From contig NC_043011.1 in the NCBI RefSeq assembly GCF_006345805.1, forward strand, positions 54,324,464-54,388,463: a DNA stretch of 64,000 nucleotides, given 5' to 3'. Each line of letters opens with the position of its first letter. Position 1 is the first letter of the stretch. The translations under genes and the position numbers were made by a program. A model generated the notes under the pieces. That model saw only the letters and a program-made list of their open reading frames with translations. It was not told the origin of the DNA and searched no databases. Source of the stretch: Octopus sinensis. Its lineage: Eukaryota. Of the stretch, positions 23,938-37,009 are shown in pieces.

Positions 23938-24870
23938 CAATACGCAGATCAACCACGACCCCAGCATGCAACTGGTACTCAATTTATCAACCCTGAAACG
24001 ATGAAGGCAAAGTCAAACTCAGCAGAATCTGAACTCAAAACGTGCAGACGAAATGCTGCCAAGCATTTTGCCCAGTGTGCGGACGGTTCTGCCAGTTCAC
24101 CACCTTAATGATAATAATAATAATAATGATAATAATGATAATCTTGTCTACTAAAAGTATAAAGACTGAAATTTGTGCGGGGGGGGGGACTAGTCAATTA
24201 CAGTGACCCCAGTGTTTTACTGGTACTTAATTTGTCTATTCCGAAAAGATGAAAAGCAAAGTAGAGTTGCCGGAATTTGATCTCAGAATGTAAATGCAGA
24301 AGAAATGGTGCTGACCATTCTATCTTATATGCTGCTCGAAATGAGGATTAGATAGACAGCCGACAACTGATGAAGGGTCATTCTTTGTGTTACTTGTCTT
24401 GTTTTCCTTATTTTTCTCTCGTTGTTTGCGTATTTAAATCATTTGTTTTCATATTTCATGTTGTGTATAGTTGGTGACATCCTGTACCCATATATGCGTG
24501 TATATACTTTTTACTCTCTTTGGAGCACCGCCTTTAGTTGAGAAAATTGACCCCAGAGCTTATTCTTTGTAAGCCTAGTACTTATTCTATCAGTCTCTTT
24601 TGCCGAACCACTAAGTTATGGGGATGTAAACACACCACCATCGGTTGTCAAGCAATGTCGGGGCGGGGGGACAAACAGACACACACACATATACATATAT
24701 ACTTATATATACGATGAGCTTCTTTCAGTTTCCGTCTATCAAATCCACTCACAAGACTTTGGTCGGCCCGAGGCAAGCTGTAGAAGACACTTGCCCAAGG
24801 AGCAACACAGTGGGACTGAACCCAGGACCATGTGGTTGGTACGCAAGCTACTTACCACACACTCACTCCT

Positions 24871-24906
<36 letters not shown>

Positions 24907-25121
24907 CTCAGGAATGTTAAATTTCTAAATATCTCAGAGATATGTATGGTGGTGGGGCGATAGAATGGTTGTATACTGTCAATTTAATGTGACAGTCGGG
25001 GATTACACCACCGCTGTTTAGCCCTAGGAAGCATCGACGCTTCCTGTTGGCTTCGACATATTTCCTGTGTCCTTATATATTTAAGAAGGGGAGACAAACA
25101 CCCCCAACAGCTAGTCTTGCA

Positions 25122-25168
25122 TCTAGAGACATGCATGTTTCAGGGTCTTTGCCCATCATCGGTCTAGA
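25122..25168 (-). ncRNA. Type I hammerhead ribozyme candidate (family D'), on the INPP5A sense strand
   Basis: UCUAGA CCGAUGA UGGG CAAAGA CCCU GAAA CAUGCAUG UC/UCUAGA: 6-bp stem I, GGG/CCC stem II, palindromic stem III, GUC triplet; U4>C in the core. Confidence 0.65.
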
Positions 25169-25253
25169 GTAGCAAAAGCCTGCCAACTGCAGATATCTGT
25201 CCCGACTTCGTAAATATATATATATCTAATTTTCAGTGAAATGTATGTATGTA

Positions 25254-25286
<33 letters not shown>

Positions 25287-26579
25287 ATGTATGTATGTAT
25301 GGTGAGGGCGCATAGCTAAGTGGTTAGCGTGTTACCCTCATGATCATGAGACTATGGTTTCAATTCCTGGACTGGGTGGGGCATTGTGTTCTTGAGCAAA
25401 ACACTTCATTTCATGTTGTTCTATGATCACTTTCAACGCCTGATGCGCCATACACAGTGCACCTGTTCAGACAACATCGATTTGATGGAGAGAGTGAGCT
25501 AATGTGTGTGAACACTTGATCACTATAAACAACACTTGATCACTATAAACGGATCATTTGTGCAGGTCATTCAGCAAAGGTTGAACACTCTTACATCATC
25601 TTCGACAGGAGAGTCCATCATACATACATCATGTGATCAACTAGATTAATGGATGTTGTTATATATCGCTGGTCCCAGTGCACTTTGCAATGTTTAGGCT
25701 TTCGAATGATGCCACCCCACTGGCCAAGCAAGCATGCCAACATCCTCCCAGATCGGAAGGCTAGTCCATTATAGAGTTACCCGTACAGAGAAGTGGGTAC
25801 TGAGTGGACAAGAGCAAAGAACACAATGTGCTACCCAGTCACAGAATTGAAACCACAATCTGGCAATCATGAGCACAACATTATAACCACTAGGCTACAC
25901 ACCTACACACACACACTCATGGAATTTGCACATTTTCTGACTTTCATTACAGGCCACTGAAACGAATAGAAACACACTGAATCCAAAAAGCTATATATTT
26001 ACATAGCGGCAAGTCACAGATACAATCTACACACACACACACACACACAACTGTGAGCCCCTGGGAGGGGGCTGAAATTCATGTGTGGACTATCCTGGTC
26101 CCCTTGAATGCTATCACTACATGGATGATTTGAGAACATAGTTGGGCCCAGGGTCCTGATAATGCGCACATTGCAAAATATATACATATTTGTTTTTTAT
26201 ATAAAAACACATCCTTTGCATCCTTTGTCTCCTGAGAAGCACCATTAGTGTTGTTGTTATTAATATTATTAATGTGGTTCTCGTTGTTGTTGCTATCGTG
26301 GTGGTCGTCGTCGTTTATCAACATCGAGACCAGAAAGTGGTGCAGTGACGGTCAACAAAACCGAAAGACAAGCTAACATACATATCAAACTTGACCGTTG
26401 ACCGTTTGCTGTTCTGGGAGGAGAAGATGGTTGTTGTTGTTGTGGTGGTGGAGGAGATAGTGTTGGTGGTGGGAGGGGCCAAGTATAAATGAAACGGAAC
26501 AGTCATTGATGAAAATCACATATACATACACACACACACGGGTGTATATACATATATATATACTCACACTCACATAATA

Positions 26580-27562
26580 TATATGTGTGTGTGTCTCTGT
26601 GTGTGCATTATATAATAAATATATCTATGCATGTGTGTGTATTATATATATATGTATATATATATATATATATGTGTGTGTGTATATATATATGTATTAT
26701 ATATATGTATGTATTGTATATATACATGTATTATATATATGCATGCATTGTATATATACATGTATTATATATATGCATGCATTGTATATATATATATATA
26801 ATATATATATATGTTTGTATTATATATATGTATGTTTGTATTATATATATGTATGTGTGTATTATATATATGTATGTGTGTATTATATATATGTATGTGT
26901 GTGTATATATATATGTATGTGTGTATTATATATATGTGTGTGTGTGTATTATATATATATATGTGTATTATATATATATGTATGTATATTATATATATAT
27001 GTATGTATATTATATATATATGTATGTATATTATATATATATGTATGTATATATATATATATGTATGTATGTATTATATATATGTATGCATACTTATATA
27101 CATACACACACATAAATGAAAACTATCCTTTTGTCCACAACTTTATTCCATAATAATAGAAACGGGTTGGTTTGACCAGAAAGAAAAAGATTGGGTGTAT
27201 ATAAATAACTCTGTATATATGAATCTCTGTGCGTGTGAGATTTATAGGAAAAAAATGAAACGACATCAAAGCTATCAAGATACACACATATACTACACAC
27301 GAACATAACTTTCATATACATACGCATCTTTGTACATATATATATATATATATATATATACACATGCAAACATATATACCCACACACACGTACAATATAT
27401 GCGGATGCATAAATATATTATATACATACATATATCTTGTTTCACAACTGTTCATGTTTACTCAACCCTAATTAACGAATGCAAAGAAATACAAAAAATA
27501 TCTACACCCACACACGCACACATATATATATACACATGTGCGTGAGTGTATGTATATACATG

Positions 27563-27600
<38 letters not shown>

Positions 27601-27623
27601 GCCATATATATATATATGCATAC

Positions 27624-27666
<43 letters not shown>

Positions 27667-27759
27667 TATGCATACATATATGTGTATATATATATATATA
27701 TACACATATGTATGCATATATATGTATATATATATATATATATACATATATATGCATAC

Positions 27760-27798
<39 letters not shown>

Positions 27799-28341
27799 AA
27801 CCTTCATGCACACGCATAGGCACACCAGGTGTGTGTATATTTACACATATTTGTACATAGGACCACAATATACATATATCTACGAATATAACATCTACAC
27901 ACATGCACACACACACAATCATTACACTTATTAATTGTTGTGTATGTATATATGTATGTATGTATATATGTAGAAACAGCGTGTGAGTGTGTGTGTGTGT
28001 ATATTTATATATATATAATATATGTATACACGTGTGTGTGTGTGTGTGTGTATTTATATATATAATATATGTATACATGTGTGTGTGTGTGTGTGTGTGT
28101 ATTTATATATATAATATATGTATACACGTGTGTGTGTGTGTGTGTGTATTTATATATATAATATATGTATACACGTGTGTGTGTGTGTGTGTATTTATAT
28201 ATATAATATATGTATACACGTGTGTGTGTGTGTGTGTGTATTTATATATATAATATATGTATACATGTGTGTGTGTGTGTGTCTCTATATGTGTTTATAT
28301 ATATAAATGGGTCTGTGCATGTACATGTGTGTGTGTGTGTG

Positions 28342-28383
<42 letters not shown>

Positions 28384-28400
28384 TGTTGTAAAGCAAAAAA
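26580..28400. repeat. Compound (AT)n/(GT)n/(AC)n microsatellite blocks incl. a ~37-bp higher-order unit at 27965-28290
   Basis: Direct reading. Confidence 0.85.
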
Positions 28401-31394
28401 TACAAAAACACAATCGCACAGTAAGACCCAATAAAAACAGAGGAAAAAAAAAAACGTCAGCTCTTTGAATCGAGTAACATAAAAAAAGAATGTGTTGTGA
28501 ATGTGTTTTTTTCGTCATAAAAGAAGATCAGTTGTGGAGTCATTTATCTGATTCTAACAGAACACATCTTGTAGGAACAGGAAACCACTAAGCCCCCCCC
28601 CCCCACCACCACCACCACTGTTACTACTACCTCCAATACCACAAACAGCCACCAATACCATAAGTGACCGCAATTATTATTTTCAACACTGCAACCACTA
28701 TTAACGCTGGTACAGCAACTCATACTAACCCCACACCACACACTACAATAGCAACCGCATCAAAACTTTTACTAACCACACACCACAACCACCTCCACCT
28801 ACTACTACTACTACTACTATAACAACCAGTGCTACATTGGCGCAACAACATTGTCGTTATTAACTACTACAATCACAGTCACCATATACTAGCACATAAA
28901 CTACAGTGTCATCACTACCACCACTGAGCACAACACCATTGCCACCACCACCACCACCAACAACAACAGATACATCGCACTTCGTATAATGAATACTCTC
29001 TTTTTTACTCTTTTACTTATTTCAGTCATTTGACTGCGAACAAATCGACCCCAGGACTTATTCTTTGTAAGCCTAGTACTTATTCTATTGGTCTCTTTTG
29101 CTGAACTGCTAGATCACGGGGACGTAAACACACCACCATCGGTTGTCAAGCGATGTTGTGGGGACAAACACACAAAAACACAAACATATACACACACACA
29201 CATACATTTATAAATACATATATATACGACAGGCTTCTTTCAGTTTCCATCTACCAAATCCACTCACAAGGCTTTGGTTGGCCCGAGGCTATAGTAGAAG
29301 ACACTTGCCCAAGGTGCCACGCAGTGGGACTGAACCCGGAACCATGTGGTTGGTAAGCAAGCTACTTACCACACAGCCACTCCAGCAGGACTTGCTAGAA
29401 ATAGCAGTCAAATATTCCCCCTGATCCTATTGCACAATGTCAAAAGAGGGAAGAACACACTGAGTGATGTAGTCCTTGGTAGCCATAATTACAGTCTGAT
29501 CGAGGTTGTATATCTTCGTTAGTCAAAGTTGACCTGCAACTAAACCTTAACACTACCCTCATTTAAAACTATTTAAGACACCATCCTCTTCCTCCTCACC
29601 CTCCTCCTCTTCCTTTCTTTAAATTTCCAGGGCCTCATTCAGTGTTCATAAACTAGTTTTCAAAATTCCAATTCTGTTTTTCACACATTAAATTGTGAAG
29701 GTTGAACAAAGTGAAATGTTAGAAAAAATATTCAATGCATACATCTAAAGCAAAAGTTTTTCCAGGGGCCCCTAAAATACTACTATAGATCCCCAATTTA
29801 CTATGTTGTTACGTGGACCCCCAAAAATCTTATATGGACCCTGGTTGAGAACCACTGCTCTAGAGGATATACTCAGCTACAGGTATGAGCAACCCTTTTT
29901 TTGAGAAGCAGGCCGCATGAAACATGTCACATCATCAGGGTAGTTGCACTGCTAAAAGAGCTTCGTGGCAGTTTTACATTCGGTGTATGTACTGGAATAA
30001 GCATTAAGCAAAATAAGCATGTGATTAGAGCATCAAGGGAAGTGGGGACACTACAGAAATGGTAAATGGTTTACGGTACAAAAGAAATAGTTTTTGTTGA
30101 ACCGCTAAGTTACGGGGACATAAACACACCAACATCGGTTGTCAAGCAATGTTGGGGGGACAAACACAGACACACAAACACAGATATATATAAATATATA
30201 CGACAGGCTTCTTTCAGTTTCCGTCTACCAAATCCACTCACAAGGCTTTGGTCGGCCCGAGACTATAGTAGAAGACACTTGCCCAAGGTGTCACACAGTG
30301 GGACTGAACCCGGAACCATGTGATTCGTAAGCAAGCTACTTACCACACAGCCACTCCTACACCTATGTAAAGTGTATGGATGTCTGTGGAATGCTCAGCC
30401 ACTTGCAAGTTAATTTCACAAGAAGGCTGTTCCATTGATCAGATCAACAGGAACCCTTCACTGTCATAACCAAGGGAGTACCAGTAATAGCAAATAAAGG
30501 ACCCGTGCTTCACTCCCTTTATCATACTTTCACACCTTCCTGAATATTATACTCCATTCGGTTTAGAGGGCTTGCCTTGTGAGTATTCGATGACCTCACC
30601 AGTGCTGGTGCCACACAAAAATAAGCACCCTGTACACTCTGAGTGGAGGCACATGGCTTAATGGTTAGAGCAGCGGACTCGCAGTCGAGGGATCACGGGT
30701 TCGAAACTCAGACCAGGCGATGTGTGTGTTTATGAGCGAAACACCTAAGCTCTATGCGGCTCCAGCAGAAGGTAATGGCGAACTCCTGCTGATTCTATCG
30801 CCACAACTTTCTCTCACTCCTTCCTCCTGCATCTTGCAGCTCACCTGCAACAGACCAGTGTCTCGTCCAGGTGGGGAACCTATACTCCAAGGAAACCGGG
30901 AAACCAGCCCTAATGAGCCAGGCATGGCTCGAGAAGGAACAAATAAACAAACAACAAAACAGTCTATGAAAGGGTTGGTGTTAAGAAGGGTATCCAGCTG
31001 TAGAAACCCTGCCAAAGCAGACACTGGTACTTGCACAGCCCTTTGGCTCATCCATTCAACTTACACCCCTCCCAAAATTTGCACCAAAATTTGAAACTGA
31101 TATTGTGAATTTCTGTAAAGGCAGCAAGCTGACAGAATCTTTAGCATGCTGGGCAAAATGCTTAGCGGCATTTCATTTGGCTTTACCTTCTGGGTTCAAA
31201 TTCTGCCAAAGTCCATTTTGCCTTTCATCCTTTCGGGGTTGATGAAATGAGCACCAGTTTAGCACTGGAGTCAATGTAATTAACTTAACCTCTGCCTCTT
31301 CTGAAATTGCTGGCCTTGTGCCGTAATTTGAAATAAATATGATGGACTTCTGTCTCCTTCAAACAATGCATACACAAAATAAAAACAATCTGAA

Positions 31395-31517
31395 GAGAGA
31401 GAGAGAGAAACAGAGAGAGAGAGAAAAGGAGAGAGAGAGAGAAAAGGAGAGAGAGAGAAAAGGAGAGAGAGAGAAAAGGAGAGAGAGAGAGAAATAGAGA
31501 GAGAGAGAGAAAGAGAA

Positions 31518-31560
<43 letters not shown>

Positions 31561-31617
31561 AACAGAGAGAGTGAGAAAGAGAGGGAGAGAGAAATAAGAG
31601 AGAGAGAGAGAGAGAGG
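31395..31617. repeat. (AG)n polypurine tract
   Basis: Direct reading; starts about 50 nt downstream of the exon 31666 donor. Confidence 0.9.
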
Positions 31618-31665
31618 ATCCGACCCAGAGTGGCAGGCAGGTAGAATGAAGTGTGTGATACTTAC

Positions 31666-31729
31666 ATTTTGCATTGCAATAATATTTGAAGCATCATGGA
31701 AAAGATGAATGTTACAAAGGTCGAATGCA
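31666..31729 (-). CDS. INPP5A: INPP5A-like exon (C)AFDLCNIHLFHDASNIIAMQN
   Basis: gcttttttcag| ... |gtaagt; 64 nt, phase 2/0; NIHLFHDASN motif typical of type I 5-phosphatase. Confidence 0.97.
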
Positions 31730-32519
31730 CTGAAAAAAGCAAACAGAACAGCAATAAACACATTATTATTATTATTATTATAGGAACAGGAATGAGGGTT
31801 GGCAACAGGAAGAGCATCAAACTAAAGGAAATCTGCCTCCATGGAAGAGTGAACGTAAAAATGTTGATAATCATACACAGACACAGACAGATTTTTATAT
31901 ATATTATTGAAACATATAGACATAGATATACACACACACACACACAGACAGGCTGTGGAGTTGGAGTTTAGGAGTCAGAAACAATTAAGGGGGAGTCGGA
32001 GTCGGTAAAACTATACCGACTCCGACTCACATTATCTTTATTCTTTAATATAAACCAGTTAAAAGATATAGGCCTACTCAAAGTACAAGCGTATGCATAT
32101 GCTTTATGAGATATGTAGACCACAATCTCTTAATTACAGAAAGAGGAGTTGGAATTGGAGTCGGAGGTACCAATAAGTACAGGAGTCAGAGTCAAAGTCG
32201 AAGTTTTTGTTTTGACTCCACAGCCCTGCACACAGACATGATATATAAGTATGTCATAATTGTATATATATATATATATACACACACACTTATGTATATA
32301 TGTATATGTGTGTGCGTGTGTATTGCCTATAAATATATGCACATATGACACTTTTGAAAAGACAGAAAGATGATAAAATAACATAGAAAGAATTATATTA
32401 GTTTCAGAGAAAATTGGGAATAATAATAATAATAATAATCATAATAATAATAAAACTGAAACAGAAAAAACTATTAAAATGACAACTTTAATAAGAAATT
32501 TACAAACTGACAAAAACAG

Positions 32520-32560
<41 letters not shown>

Positions 32561-33087
32561 GTATATATATTAATGTGAAATACTTGAAGCAAAAACAATA
32601 GAAGGCTAAATAATGTGTTTGTTTTAATAATGTTTATCTGCCCCATGTTAATAGTTTGTTAGCTTCAATGTGATAATGTCTATATTGTGTAGTTATGGAG
32701 TTGTGAAGTAGACCAGTGGGATGAAGCTGGATATAAATATTTTGCAGACACCGGAATATTGTAAAACATAAGGTTTCAATTTCAGCTGGTGAGATGTATG
32801 TGTGTGGGTGGGTGTCTGGTCTGGGCGTGTATGTGTTTGTGTGTGTATAAGGTGTATGTGTATCAATAAATGCATGTGTAGCAATATCGTCTCTCATTGC
32901 TATCTTCACTGTTTGAGAAGAGTATAAAGAATGACCTCGGTCGAGATTACAAACAGCTTTGGCTAGTTCAACATTGTTGTAAACACTAATTCGATTGGCT
33001 GACACATTGGTCTCTACTACGCTCGCACCGCTGGTTATAACTTGGCGCAAAATGTCTCGACTTATTTTCGCGCCATAGTCCAAGCAG

Positions 33088-33143
33088 CCAATCACAGCTT
33101 TCCATTTCGGAAGTACATTGGGAGCCATGTAAAGCCTATAAAT
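33088..33143 (+). promoter_or_regulatory. CCAAT box + TATA box inside the LTR candidate
   Basis: gcagccaatcacag at 33084-33097 and cctataaataa at 33135-33145. Confidence 0.5.
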
Positions 33144-33164
33144 AAGGTTTCTCAGAAGAATATT

Positions 33165-33715
33165 CGTCTTAGGTTTCCAGTCCTTCTCAGGGCGAACCTC
33201 TGACCACACACAGAGCTCGTCTTAGGTTTCCAGTCCTTCTCAGGGTGAACCTCTGACCACAGAGCTCGTCTTAGGTTTTTAGTTCTTCTCAGAGCTAAAC
33301 CTCTGACCACAGAGCTCGTCTTAGGTTTCCAGTCCTTCTCAGGGTGAACCTCTGACCACAGAGCTCGTCTTAGGTTTTTAGTTCTTCTCAGAGCTAAACC
33401 TCTGACCACAGAGCTCGTCTTAGGTTTCCAGTCCTTCTCAGGGTGAACCTCTGACCACAGAGCTCGTCTTAGGTTTTTAGTTCTTCTCAGAGCTAAACCT
33501 CTGACCACAGAGCTCGTCTTAGGTTTCCAGTCCTTCTCAGGGTGAACCTCTGACCACAGAGCTCGTCTTAGGTTTTTAGTTCTTCTCAGAGCTAAACCTC
33601 TGACCACAGAGCTCGTCTTAGGTTTCCAGTCCTTCTCAGGGCGAACCTCTGACCACACAGAGCTCGTCTTAGGCTTTTAGTTCTTTTAAGAGCTAAGTCT
33701 CTGACCACACAGAGA
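33165..33715. repeat. Tandem array of alternating 49/50-bp units (99-bp dimer), 11 units
   Basis: Order A A B A B A B A B A B'; constant block CCTCTGACCACAGAGCTCGTCTTAGGTTT. Confidence 0.95.
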
Positions 33716-34603
33716 ATACTCGACCAAGTTCCAGTTTCGAGGCAGGCGACCACCATTAATACAAGATGTTACAGATACCTCTCATACTGTTAGTGTGAAA
33801 AATCACCACGAAGAAAACGGTTACAAGATATCTATAACTAGAGAAACATAACCAAGCAGAACATATAATGAAGAAGCAGCAAGAACCAATCGACAAACAT
33901 CGAAGATTTAAATTGTACACGAGACAACTACAGATTCAACTATAGCGGTTAGGTGAAATTCTCGCCACGAAGAAAACGGCTACAGTAACATGTCTGGAAG
34001 TATATTCATATCAAGAGAAAGATAAACACAACGAGTGATTCAATTAATCTCAACTGCAACACGCAATACCTTGATATAGAACTCTTACAGTGTACCTCAT
34101 AAACGGTAAATCAATTATCTGTTCTTGGGTTCTAGTTTCTTCTAAGAACTACCTTAAGCCATCTGTTATTACCTGTTGCCAAGCCGATACCAACAACATT
34201 AACTGTGAATCAAATCCCATCGTCAATTCACTGGTCAGTACCTTTTTACGCCTAACGAACACACAGACACAAAAACATGCGAACACTTACAAACTTCCAA
34301 CATCAAACATGATCGTAAAATATGTAAAATAAATAATGTATATATCTTACAAAGAAATCTTGTTGTCATTCCAAACTTATGTGTATTGCCGCTGCATGTA
34401 AAATATAGTCAGTAAAATATATTATTAAGAATAGGAACACGTTACTATTTTTATACATGCATATATATATATATGCATGCATGTGCATTCATGTATATAT
34501 ATATGTGTGTATGTATCTATCTATCTATATATATATATATATATATATATAATCATACATGTATATGTATATATACATATATATGCACATGTGTGAGTGT
34601 GTG

Positions 34604-34643
<40 letters not shown>

Positions 34644-35025
34644 AATCGATCAATGGAAATTGCAGATGTGTTACCAGTGCCGGTGGCATGTAAGAGAACC
34701 TTCCGTTTCGCGAGCGTTGCCAGCACCGCCCCGTTTCGTGTCCATTGCCAGCCTCGCCTGGCCCTCGTGCCGGTGGCACATAAAAAGCACCATCCGTTCG
34801 TGGCCGTTTGCCAGCTCTGTCTGGCACCTGTGCAGGTGGCACGTAAAAAGCACCCACTACACTCACGGAGTGGTTGGCGTTAGGAAGGGCATCCAGCCGT
34901 AGAAACACTGCCAGATTTGACTGGGCCTGATGAAGCCTTGTGGCTTCACAGACCCCAGTAGAACCGTCCAACCCATGCTAGCATGGAAAACGGATGCTAA
35001 ACGATGATGATGATGATATATATAT

Positions 35026-35056
<31 letters not shown>

Positions 35057-35545
35057 GCATACATATGTATGAGTATGTATGTAAATATACATGTGTATAT
35101 ATGATGAATGAAATGTATGTAATTGTATTATGTGTGTGTGTATGTGTGTTATAACACACATTTATGTGTTGGATACTATAGCTGACCATAGCCGAGACAG
35201 ATCAAACGGTCAATGAAAAATTTCATGATGGAATGAAGGCATGTGTCAGTGTAGGTAGTGAGCCTTCTGAACACCTGCTGCAGGAGGTGTCCATCATTAC
35301 CATGTTTGTGCAAAAGTGTATAGATCCCTAACAGGAACGAAAAGTAACATCTATACTGCTCATGTTTTAAAGAACAATCAAATAATAGCAATCAACTCAA
35401 AACTGAACTGCAGCCACCACATTCGTGTGTGTGTGTGCATGTATTTGTGTGTGTGTGTGCATGTAGTTATGTATGTGTGTGTGGTGTGTATGCATGCATT
35501 TAAGTGTGTGTTTTTACATATATGGATAATATATATCCTCATCCC

Positions 35546-36900
35546 CATCATTTAACATCTGCCTTCCATGCTGGCATGGGTTGGACAGTTTGACAGGAGC
35601 TGCTAGTCAGGTGACTGGGCAAAGCTTTACTATCAGCTTTAATACTGTTTTTTACAGTTTGATGTCTTTCTTACCACCAACCAATTTACAGAATGTCCTG
35701 GTCACTTTTTATGTGGCACCAGCACCAGTGAGGTCACCAGGTAACTCACAATACAAGACCCCTTGAGGGAGGTGGTTTTGTGTCAGATGATAAAGAGAAT
35801 TAGAGTATGACAGGGAGATAGAAGCAGGTGTTAAACTGTAGAGGGGGTACATGGCTAACTCCAGTTGGAAGAGGAGAGAGAGAAGGTAGTGCAGATGTGT
35901 CTGGGTGCACACTCAAGTTACAGGGGTGGGGGGTATACAAGAGAAGCGCTACAGAGGGAGTGGGCAGGTGAGAGTGCAAAAAGAGTTTAGGAGATGTCGG
36001 GTAGAGGAATGCAGTGAACAGTCAACACAAGTTAGAGGTTGGGTGTTAAGGACATGAGTTGCTGAGGAGAGGGTCACAGACATGAGGGATGTGTCTTTAG
36101 GACCTCATTTTTACTTAGACAGATGGAGCAGGGGTCTTCTCCAAGCACAGCAAATCACCACTCATCTCAGTTATTTGTCATCTCCTCTCTGAGGTTCAAC
36201 ATCTGATGGTCATTTTTCACTACTTCGTCTTACATTTTCCTAGGTCTGGCTCTTCCACAGGTTCCATCCATATTTGGGGACTGGCAATTCTTTATGCAGC
36301 TATCCTCATCCATTTGCATCACATTAACCACACCAGTGGAGTCTTCTCTCTTGTAAACTACATCTGATGCCTCTTATCCCCAATTTTTCTCTCAACACAT
36401 TTACACTTTGTCACGCACACTGACATTGCACATTCAGTGAAGATGCTAGCTTTGTTTCTTTCAAGACTTCACATATCCTCTGCATTCACAGCCCATGTTT
36501 CACTACCATGTAGCATTGTTGCTCATACACAAACATCATACGATCTTCCTTTCACTCTAAAGGCAAGGCCTTTTGTTACCAACTAAGGTTAAAGCTCTCT
36601 GAACTTTGCCCAGCCACTTATAATCCTAGCAACTATGCTTTCAGAACATCCTCCTCCACTGCTAATTAGGTCACATAGGTAACAGAAACCATCTGCTACC
36701 ACTAAGGATCCTCTGGGGCATTTGAAGGAATCTATTTCCTGTGTGTTCTCATGTTTAGTGTCTCTGCTCATCTGCCACACAAAGACAATCTTCTCTGATA
36801 ACCTTCGCATGATTCCACTAAACCCCTTATATGGCCATAGCTTGCACTAGGTACACAATAAACACCTTTTCTACATATCAAGTAGGGATTAGTAATTTAT
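35546..36900 (-). mobile_element. 5'-truncated RTE LINE with 3' UTR and (GAT)n tail
   Basis: Minus-strand peptides GGGCSESIVARIISGWAKFRELLPLLVTKG..LHGSETWA; 3' end is the same as the family B' tail. Confidence 0.85.
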
Positions 36901-37009
36901 CAGCTCTCCTAATTACTAGGACTTTAGTCTTTGCTGAGTTAACTTTAGGGCCCTTTGATTGCAGGCTTTGCTTCCACACCTAGAAGTTTTCCTATTATAC
37001 TATAGACTC

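Larger units (their letters stand above)
32875..34457 (+). mobile_element. Probable solo LTR (Gypsy-like)
   Basis: TG...CA ends flanked by TGCA on both sides; CCAAT 33088, TATAAAT 33137, AATAAA 34328; CpG-rich relative to flanks. Confidence 0.55.

Noticed and set aside
25511-25550. Exact 20-bp tandem duplication aacacttgatcactataaac
   Set aside because: Ordinary slippage inside a SINE body.
33152-33715. CRISPR-like repeat-spacer array and 168-aa repeat ORF
   Set aside because: Eukaryotic context, only two alternating 'spacers' that are similar to each other, and no cas genes; the ORF follows from the 99-bp period.
34921-34950. CTGATGA AGCC TTGT GGCT hammerhead-like start
   Set aside because: No GAAA follows; it is a point-mutated version of the family B' sequence cctggtgcagccttctggct.
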